A DNA stretch of 64,000 bases from an uncultured delta proteobacterium (GTDB taxonomy: Bacteria; Desulfobacterota; Binatia; DP-6). The translations under genes and the position numbers were made by a program. A model generated the notes under the pieces. That model was given only the letters and a program-made list of their open reading frames with translations, was not told the origin of the DNA and did no database searches. Location: positions 1,632,001 through 1,696,000 of the forward strand of contig CAWFFN010000005.1 of assembly GCA_963815115.1 (NCBI GenBank), in the 5' to 3' direction. Positions within the stretch are counted from its first letter, which is position 1. Every line of letters starts with the position of its first letter. This document shows, piece after piece, positions 38,535-47,400 of this stretch.

Positions 38535-40025
38535 TCAGAGATCGAACGCGGCGCTCAGGTCTCCCATCCCTCGCCGCACGCCCGGCAGCGGCTCGAGATC
38601 GAAGCGGCGCGTGATGAACTTCAGGATCGAGGTCGTGTCGTAGCGGGTGTGATCGACGAAGCCGCGCCGGGCGAAGGGCGAGATGACGATGGTGGGGATG
38701 CGGGTGGCCGGCCCCCAGCGGTCGCCCGCGGGCGGCGGGACGTGATCCCAGAAACCCCCGTTCTCGTCGTAGGTGACGATGATCGCCGTGCTCTGCCAGA
38801 GCGGGCTCGCCTGGATGCGCGCGACGATCTCGGCGATGTGCCGGTCGCCCGGCAGGATCGTGGTGTAGCCGGGATGCTCGTTCAGGCTGCCCTCGGGCTT
38901 GTAGAAGGCGACCTGGGGCAGGGCGCCCGAGTCGATGTCCGCCAGGAGCTGGTGGAGGTCCTTCAGATGATCGGTGCGGTCTGCCGTGCCGGGAGCGAAG
39001 CGCGCGAAGTAGTTGAACGGCTGGTGATGGGGCTGGAAGTTGACGGGGTTCTCGTAGATCACGCTGCGCTTGACGTCCGGGGGCTGCATCCCGTCTCTGG
39101 TAGCGGCTTCCCAGGCTCCCGCGTACCAGGCCCACGAGATTCCCCTCGCGGACAGCGTGTCGCCGATGGTCTTCTGACGCTGGGGCGGTAGCGGATGCTT
39201 CGACGGATCCGCGAGGCGCGGATCGCCGCCGGGCGCGGGAGGAATCTGGCTGGGCTGGAACGGCGGCTGCTCGGTGTTCACGGCGTATCCGTCGGGCGTC
39301 ACGCTGCCGTCGAAGAGAAACGGCGGCCCCGACATCGCGGAGGCCGGGGAGCCGGGTCTGGCGAGCAGCTCCCCGTTCTGGTCGAGCATCACGCGCACCG
39401 ACCACGGCGCGTCGGGATCCACGGGCGTGCACGCGCAGACGAGCCAGAAGTGGTTCAGGAACGACCCGCCGAATGCGCCCATGAAGAAGTTGTCGGCCAG
39501 CGTGTACTGGCGTGCCAGGGCCCACATCGGCAGCGTCGCGCCGTCGTAGTAGCCCATGGGCAGGGCGCCGCCGTCGGACATCGCGACGTACCGGTCGAGC
39601 TTGCCGCCGTCGATCTGCGCCCGGTTCTGGTAGTAGCGATGGACGAGATCCCGCGTCCGCTCCGCGATGGACCGGTTGATCGGCGCCGCGTCGATGCGGA
39701 ACGTCGCGTTCGGAAGGTTCGTCGGAAAGGTGGGATCGGGCACGTTGCCATTCCACACCGGTCCGGGAGCGCTGGGCTTCCATACCGGCGGGAGCACCGG
39801 CAGCGGCTTGCCGTCGCGATCGACCTGGATGGTTCGCCTGGCGTTGCCGATCCCGTTGGCGCCCGGGAACAGGCCGTAGAGGTGATCGAAGCTGCGGTTC
39901 TCGGCGTAGATGACGACGATGTGCTGGATCGCGTCGAGTCGCCTCGGCCCCTGGCCGGCTCGATACGGCGAGCACCCGGCGAGGGACAGGAGGGCCAGGA
40001 GGAGGAGACGGAAGACCAGGCGCAA
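38535..40025 (-). CDS. acpA: Acid phosphatase AcpA / phosphoesterase (phospholipase C family), predicted lipoprotein
   Basis: VVIYAENRSFD, DNFFMGAFGGSFLNH, NEHPG and TYDENGGFWDHV motifs. Lipobox LAGC. Confidence 0.88.
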   Translation of the reverse strand: MRLVFRLLLLALLSLAGCSPYRAGQGPRRLDAIQHIVVIYAENRSFDHLYGLFPGANGIGNARRTIQVDRDGKPLPVLPPVWKPSAPGPVWNGNVPDPTFPTNLPNATFRIDAAPINRSIAERTRDLVHRYYQNRAQIDGGKLDRYVAMSDGGALPMGYYDGATLPMWALARQYTLADNFFMGAFGGSFLNHFWLVCACTPVDPDAPWSVRVMLDQNGELLARPGSPASAMSGPPFLFDGSVTPDGYAVNTEQPPFQPSQIPPAPGGDPRLADPSKHPLPPQRQKTIGDTLSARGISWAWYAGAWEAATRDGMQPPDVKRSVIYENPVNFQPHHQPFNYFARFAPGTADRTDHLKDLHQLLADIDSGALPQVAFYKPEGSLNEHPGYTTILPGDRHIAEIVARIQASPLWQSTAIIVTYDENGGFWDHVPPPAGDRWGPATRIPTIVISPFARRGFVDHTRYDTTSILKFITRRFDLEPLPGVRRGMGDLSAAFDL

Positions 40026-40078
40026 CGCTCACCTTCCGCGACGGGGGCGTATCACCGATGGCGTGCGACGGCGAACGA

Positions 40079-40552
40079 CTACTTGACGGTGATCGTTCCT
40101 TGCCGGCCCAGCTTCTCGTCCATCGGCCGCGCCTGGTCCATCACCTTGACGGTGAAGGCGTAGTAGCCCGGCGCGAACGAGCAGACGCTTCCGAAGTCAC
40201 CTGGCGGCATGTCCGCGACGAGATGGCCATCCTCCCCGGTGCGGAACTCCGCCCACGGCGCCTCGCCACGTTCCAGCCGCTTCGGGTCTGCCAGGCGGCA
40301 CGTGACCTTTCCGGCCTGTACGCTGGGAGTCACGAACTCGACCCGCAGGGGCTGGTCCGCCGTGCTGGTGAACCCGACGGTCTCCGCCGTTCCGATCGTC
40401 AGATCCGGCGGATCGATGATGCTCCGGCCGATCAAGATCGTCTTGCGGGCCGGCGCCGCGCTGGAGGTGGGGGCGGGTCGGGTCTGCCCCGCACACCCGG
40501 CCAGCGCCGCCAGTCCAAGTCCTGCCCCGAGCACACGCGTCCATCGGGTCAT
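40079..40552 (-). CDS. Hypothetical lipoprotein (possibly cupredoxin-like fold)
   Basis: Lipobox LAGC. P.DLTI and PGYYAFTV...GTITVK resemble cupredoxin strands, but canonical Cu ligands are not evident. Confidence 0.6.
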   Translation of the reverse strand: MTRWTRVLGAGLGLAALAGCAGQTRPAPTSSAAPARKTILIGRSIIDPPDLTIGTAETVGFTSTADQPLRVEFVTPSVQAGKVTCRLADPKRLERGEAPWAEFRTGEDGHLVADMPPGDFGSVCSFAPGYYAFTVKVMDQARPMDEKLGRQGTITVK

Positions 40553-40685
40553 CGATGGGCTCCCCCTTTCGTCCGGTGATGAGGCTTCTGGCGTGACGCA
40601 CTCTTCCCTGTCAAGGAGCGCGTACTCCGACCTCGCGCCTCGCCCGACCCTTGACCGCTACACCGCGCGACGCGAGAAGGGGGAC

Positions 40686-41459
40686 ATGAGCGGCGTCGAC
40701 CTGCGCGGCCGCACGGCGATCGTCACCGGCGCCGGGCGAGGCATCGGGGCGGCCATCGCACGCGGGCTCGACGCCGCCGGCGCCCGGGTGGCGCTGGTTG
40801 CGCGCACGGAGACCGAGCTGCGCGAGGTGGCTGCAGGCCTTCGCAACGACCCCGTCGTCGTGACGGCCGATCTCGGCACGGCGGGGGGACCGGCCGCAGC
40901 CGCCGCCGCCGCGCTCGACGCATTGGGTGGACGGCTCGACGTGCTCGTGAACAACGCCGGTGCCGGCGTCCGCAAGGACAGCCACACCCTGACGGTCGAG
41001 GAGATGGATCGTCTGTGGCACGTCAACGTGCGCGCCGCGCTCCTGCTCGGCGCAGCCGTCCTGCCCGCGATGATCGCCCGCGGCTCGGGCTCGATCGTGA
41101 GCATCTCCTCGATCTCCGGGCGCCGCGGGGCGCCGCGGCGCGCGCTCTACGCGGCCACCAAGGCCGCCCTCGACGGCATGACGCGTGCGCTCGCCATGGA
41201 GTACGGCCCGCGCGGCATCCGGGCGAATGCGGTGGCGCCGGGCGTGGTGGAGACCGCGATGTGGCGCGAGCATCTCGCCGAGCCCGGCGTGGCCGACGCG
41301 GTGCTCGGCGTGATTCCGATGCGCAGGCTCTCGACGGCGGAGGAGGTCGCGGACGTGGTGGTCTTCCTGGCTTCCGACGCGGCGCGCGCGATCACCGGCG
41401 AGGTGATCTCGGCGGACGGCGGCATCCACTCGACGGTCAACCTCTGGCCGACGGTGTGA
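40686..41459 (+). CDS. SDR family oxidoreductase
   Basis: TGAGRGIG, NNAG, YAATK and ANAVAPG motifs. Confidence 0.93.
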   Translation: MSGVDLRGRTAIVTGAGRGIGAAIARGLDAAGARVALVARTETELREVAAGLRNDPVVVTADLGTAGGPAAAAAAALDALGGRLDVLVNNAGAGVRKDSHTLTVEEMDRLWHVNVRAALLLGAAVLPAMIARGSGSIVSISSISGRRGAPRRALYAATKAALDGMTRALAMEYGPRGIRANAVAPGVVETAMWREHLAEPGVADAVLGVIPMRRLSTAEEVADVVVFLASDAARAITGEVISADGGIHSTVNLWPTV

Positions 41460-41482
41460 CGGGTGACACGGCCGCTGCCGCC

Positions 41483-44400
41483 TCAGGGGAGGCCGGCGCC
41501 GTGCTTGCCCTTCGGCTGCAGGCTCAGCCGACCCGCCGCGCACTGGCTCCCGGTGTCGATCGTGATCTCCACCGGCGACAGCAGTGGACTCCCGGGCTTC
41601 ATCCGCCCGAGGATCACCGTCGCCTTCGCCGGTCCCGTCCTGGGCACCACCAGGCGAACGCATTTGATGGGCGGGCAGAGCGTCATCCGCTGGTCGAAGA
41701 ATCCGTACGTCTGGTGGAAGAGCTTCTGCCACTGCTGCGTTCCGATGGTGCAGCAGACCTGCTCGCCCGAATCGGCGCGGATCTGCACGCGCACGTCCTG
41801 GGCGCGCGGGTCGACCCCGGCGAACGCGCCGGGGGCCAGCGTGGCCGTGGCGCGCAGCGTGGACTTCCCCGGGCGGAAGCGTGCCTGCGTGAAGGTGAGG
41901 GACTGGGCCGTGCAGCACGCCGGGTCCTCGGCGTCGACGAGCCCGTTCTGGTCGTCGTCGATGCAGTTGCCGCAGTCCTCCGGCGTCAGGCCCGGGGTTG
42001 CGACGGTCGCGGTGTCGTCGGAGGGATTCGGATCGGGCTCCGTGGCCGTCACGGTGGCCGTGTTGCTGAACGCGTTGTCGTTCGCGCGCGTTCCGACGAT
42101 GGCCACGGTCGCGGTGGCACCCGACGCGAGGTCGCCGAGGACGCACGTGACGACCTGCACGGCGGTGGTGCAGGTGCCCTGGCTCGGCGTCAACGTACCC
42201 GGGGTCACGGCAGAGGGCAGGGGATCGACCACGGTGACGTTCGTCGCCTTCGCCGGACCCGCGTTGGTGACCGTGAGCGTATAGCTGAGCGCCTCGCCGT
42301 TCCTCGGCTGCGCCGGGCTGACGCTCTTCGTGAGGTGGAGGTCGGCCTGCGCCGGAACGGTCGTCTGTGCCGTGGCGCCGTTGTTCGTCGCGACCGGGTC
42401 GGGCTGATCGCTCCTGACCGTCGCGGTGTCGACCAGCGCGCCGGACGCACTCGGCAGGACGCGCACGACGATGGTGGCCGTCAGCGTACCGCCGCTCGCG
42501 AGGCTGGCGACCGTGCAAGTGATCGGGTTGCCGCCGGTGCAGGCTCCGGCGCTCGCGGTGGCGGACACGAGCTGGACGCCGGCCGGTAGCGTGTCGGTGA
42601 GGAGCACGTTGCTCGCCGAGGCCGGGCCGTGGTTCACGACCCGCAGGGTGTAGGTGACCTGGGTACCGGATGCTGCGCTCGTGGGCGTGCCGGTCTTGCT
42701 GACCTCGAGATCGGCGTCGGTCGGTGGTGGAGGCGACACGAGCCCGACCTCCGTGGTGACGCTGCCGGTGTCGTCGGACGCATCGGGATCTGGAGTCGAG
42801 CTTGCCACCGTGGCGCTGTTCACGACCTCGGTGGCCTCGGGCAGCACGGTGTAGGTCGCGACGATGGTGCGCGAGCCGCTCGGCGCGATCGTCCCCAGCG
42901 CGCACGGGAACGCGGTCATGCAATCGCCGCCGTTGGACACGAAGGCGAGACCCGGCGGCGTCGGGTCGGTCACCACCACATCGGTCGCGGTCGACGCCCC
43001 CGCGTTGCTCACCACGATGGTGTAGGACACGCGCTCTCCGGGGAACGCGCTCGCCGGGCCGGCCTTCGTCACGCCGAGGTTCGCCGAGGATGTGAGATCC
43101 GTCGAGTCGGTGGCGTCGTCGCTCGTCGGGTCGGGATCGACGGTCCCGGTGGGCGCCCGCACGCTCGCGGTGTTCGTCACCGCGCCCGTGGCATCGGGCG
43201 GCACCGTGGCGGTCGCGATGAACGTGGCGCCGCCGCCGGCCGGCAGATCGACGGTCGTCGCGATGGCCCCCGTACCGCCGGGGGTGCCGCAGCTTCCGCC
43301 AGGAGTCGCGCTGCACGACCAGCTCGCGCCCGTCAGCGGCCCCGGGAAGGTGTCGCCGACTGGCGCCCCGGCGACGTCGCTGGGTCCGGCGTTCTGGACG
43401 GTGATGGTGTAGGTCAGCGGGGCGCCGGGAAGAGCCAGCGTCTGGCCGTCGGTCTTGGTGATGGAGAGGTCGGCGACCAGCGCCGTCGTGCCCGGTACGC
43501 TGCTCGCGTCGTTCGCCGGGTTGGGGTCGATCTCGTTCCCGGCGGTGCGGCTGGCGGTGTTCGTGAAGGAGCCCAGCCTGGTGACCCGTGCCGTGATGGA
43601 GAGGATGGCCGAGCGGGTGGCCGGGAGGTTGCCGACCGTCCACGTGCCGGAGTCCTCGTCGTAGGTGCCCTGCGACGCCGGGGCCGACACGACGGCAAAC
43701 CCGGGCGGCAGCAGGTCGGTGACCACGACGCCGGTGGCTGGGCTCGGCCCGTGGTTGGTCGCGGTGACCGTGAAGCTGACCTGGCCTCCGACCGCCGGCG
43801 AGGCGGTGCTGATCGTCTTGCCGACGTCGATGTCGGCGGTGGCGGCGGCGTTGAGCGACAGGCTCGCCTGGTCGTTGAGCGGGTTGGGGTCGATCTCGGT
43901 CTGGCCGGTCTTCCGCGCCACGTTGACCAGCGTGCCCGTCGTGTTGACCGACGCGACGACGGTCAAGGTGGCCGACGTCGAGGCGGTGAGGTCCCCCACC
44001 GTCCAGATGCCGCTGGCCGCGTCGTAGGTGCCCTGCGACGGAGCGGCCGATGTCAGCGCGAGGCCTGCCGGCAGCGCGTCCTGCACCTCGACGCCGGTGG
44101 CGTCGCTCGGCCCGCGGTTGGTCGCGGTCACGGTGAAGGTGACGCTCTCGCCGACCGAGGGTGTCGTCTTGTCGGCCGTCTTCTGGACGGCCACGTCGGC
44201 CGCGGCGGCGACGTTGATGGTGGCGGCACCCGACTCGTTGCCCGGGTTGGGGTCGGGCTCGTTGCCGCCCGTGCGAATGGCGAGGTTGGTGATGTCGCCG
44301 GGCTGCGTCACCTGCGCCTGGATCGTCAGCTCGACCGACTGGCCGGCGGCGAGGGCGGAGATCACCCACTCGCCGCTCGAGTCCGTGTAGGCGCCCTGCG

Positions 44401-47400
44401 TGGGCGACGCCGACACGAAGGACAGGCCGGCCGGCAGGAGGTCCGTGACGACGACTCCCGTCGCAGCGTTGGGGCCGTTGTTGCGCGCCTGGATCGTGAA
44501 GCTGACGGAGTCGCCAACCAGGATTCCGGTCGCGGGAGCGACGGACTTGGTCACCTCCACGTCGGCATTGGCGTCGACCGGCGTCTGTACGCTGGCGGAG
44601 TCGTTCCCCGGGACGGGGTCGGGTGTCTGGCTCGACACGCTCGCCGTCTGCACGATCGGGTTCGGCGTCTGGTAGCCCGGCGGCACGAGCAGGGTGGTGG
44701 TGATGGTCCGAGACGCTCGCGGGGCGAGCGTGGCCAGCGTGCACGGGAACGGCGTCGTGCAGTCGCCGCTGTTGGAGACGAAGGTCAGACCGCTCGGTGT
44801 CGAGTCGTTCACCACGACGTTGGTCGCGGTGGACGGCCCCTCGTTCGTCACGACGATGGTGTAGACGGCGGCGTTGCCCGGAACCACGGTCGGCGGTCCG
44901 GACTTCGTCAGGGCCAGATCCGCCTGCGGCGTCAGCTCATCGGTGTCGGTGGCGACGCCGGAGCCAGGATTGGCGAAGCCCGCAGGAGGCATCGCTTCGG
45001 CGGTATTGGTCAGCGTCCCCGTGGCATCCGCCGGGACGGTGCCCGTCAGCACGAACGTCGCGGCAGTGTTCGCGGGCAAGTTGACGGTCGTGTCGATCGA
45101 GCCCGCCCCGGTCGGCGTCGTGCAGCTCCCGCCGCCCGTCGCGCTGCACGTCCACGTCGCGCCGCTCAGCACCGTCACCTGATCCTGCACGCTGACACCG
45201 CTGGCATCGCTCGGGCCGCTGTTGGTGACGGTGATGGTGTACGTGGTCGGATTGCCCGGTACCACGCTGGCCGTCCCGTCGTCCTTCGTCACCGTCAGCG
45301 TGGCCTGCCGGTCGCTCAGGCTCGCGCTCGCGCTACCGGCGTTGTTCGCCGGAACCGGATCGGGCGTGGCGCTCGACGCCGTGGCCGTGTTCTCGATCGG
45401 ATCGGGGCCGGCGTAGTTGCCCGGGATGTGGAAGAGCGAGGTGATGGTGGCGCTCGCCCCCGGCGCGAGGGTGCCGAGGGTGCAGGGGAACACGGTCGTG
45501 CAGGCGTCGCCGTTCGAGGTGAACGTCAGCCCCGTCGGGGTCGGGTCGTCGACCACGACGCCGACGGCCGTCGAGGGACCGATATTGGTGACGACGGTCG
45601 TGAAGGTGATGTCGTCGCCGGCCGTCACCGAGCCCGAGCTCGCCGTCTTGCTCACCTGCACGTCCGCGGAGGGGGTGATGGCCGTCGTGTCGGTCGCCGT
45701 GTCGTCTCCGGGTGTCGGATCGGTGGTGCCGGCGGGCGGCGTGACGCTGGCGCTGTTGGCGAGGGCTCCGATGGCGTCCGGTGTCACCGTGACCGTGGCG
45801 GTGAAGATCGCGGCCGCGCCCGCCGGCAGGTCGACCGTGGTCGCGATGGGACCGTCGCCGCTCGCCGTCCCGCAGGCGCCCCCGTCGGTGGCGCTGCACG
45901 TCCAGGTGACGCCCGTCAGCACCACCGGGAACGTGTCGCTCACCGATGCGCCGGTCACGGTGCTGGGTCCGGCGTTGGCGACCGTGATCGTGTAGATCTC
46001 CATCGCGCCGGCAACCACGGTGTCGAGTCCGTCCGTCTTCGTCACGGACAGATCGGCCACGCGACCCGCCGTCGCCGTGACGCTCCCCGAGTCGTTGCCG
46101 GGGTTCGGATCTTCCTCGCTGGCCGAGGTCTTGATGGCGGTGTTGGTGAACGGGCCGGGCTGCGCGACCAGCGCCGTGATCGAGAGCACGGCCGACTGGG
46201 ACGCCGCGATGCTCCCCGCGGTCCAGGCGCCGCTCGCCGGGTCGTAGGTGCCCTGCGAAGGCGTGGCCGACACGAACGTCAGTTCCGCAGGCAGCTGGTC
46301 CGTGATCAGCACGCCCGTGGCGGGGCTCGGGCCGAGGTTGGTCGCCGTCACGGTGAACGTCACCTGCTGGTCGACCGCGGGCGTCGGGTTGCTGATCGCC
46401 TTGGTGACCCGGATGTCGGCCGTGGTGCCGGCGTTGAGCGAGACGCTGGACTCGTCGTTGGCCGGATTGGGATCGGCCTCGGTCTGCGTCTTGTTCGCCG
46501 TGTTGACGATCATCCCGGGCGTGTTCACGGAGGCGAGCACGGTGAGGGTGGCCGAACCCGGGAACGGAATCGCGCCGACCGTCCACGCCCCGGTGGCCGC
46601 GTCATAGGTCCCCTGCGACGGCGTGGAGGCGACCAGCGCGAGACCCGCCGGCAGCGCGTCGGTGACCGTGATCCCGCTCGCGTTGCTCGGTCCGTTGTTG
46701 GTCGCGGTCACGACGAAGGTCACGATCTGACCGACCGATGGCGTCGGGTTGTCCACCGCCTTCTGGATGGCGACGTCGGCCGCGGCAGCGGCGTTCAGCG
46801 TGGCGACCGCGGAATCGTTGCTGGTGTCGGGATCGGGTTCGTTCGCCGACGTCTTGGTGGCGGTATTGGTGATCGTCCCCGCCTGGGTGAGCACCGCCGT
46901 CATGGTCAGCGTCGCGTTGGCGCCGTTCTGGAGGTCGCCCACCTGCCACTGTCCCGAGGACGGGACGTACGATCCCTGCTGCGGCGAGGCCGAGACGAAG
47001 GTCATGCCGGCGGGGAGCACGTCGGTGATGACGACCCCGCTCGCCTGGTTCGGGCCGTTGTTGAGGACGCTGACGAACAGCGTCACCGTGTCGCCGACGA
47101 GCGCCGAGGTCGGCGCGACGCTCTTCAGGACCGCGACGTCGGCGTTCAGGTCGACCGGGGTCTGCGCGCTCGTGCTCCGGTTGCCCGGGTTCGGGTCCGT
47201 CGTGGTGTCGAACACGCTGGCCGTGTTCACGATCGGATTGGGCGAGGTGTAGCCGAGCGGGACCTCGAAGGTGGCGGTGATGGTACGGGTCTCTCCGGGT
47301 AGCAGCGTCCCGAACTCGCACGGGAATGCCGTGTTGCAGTCACCGGAGGTCGACACGAAGTTCAGCCCGGCCGGCGTCGGGTCGTTCACGGAGGCATCGC

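Noticed and set aside
42629-47302. 1557-aa plus-strand ORF, and the 1377-aa alternative-frame ORF at 40611-44744
   Set aside because: Shadow or alternative frames of the DUF11 gene with Arg/Gly-rich nonsense composition.
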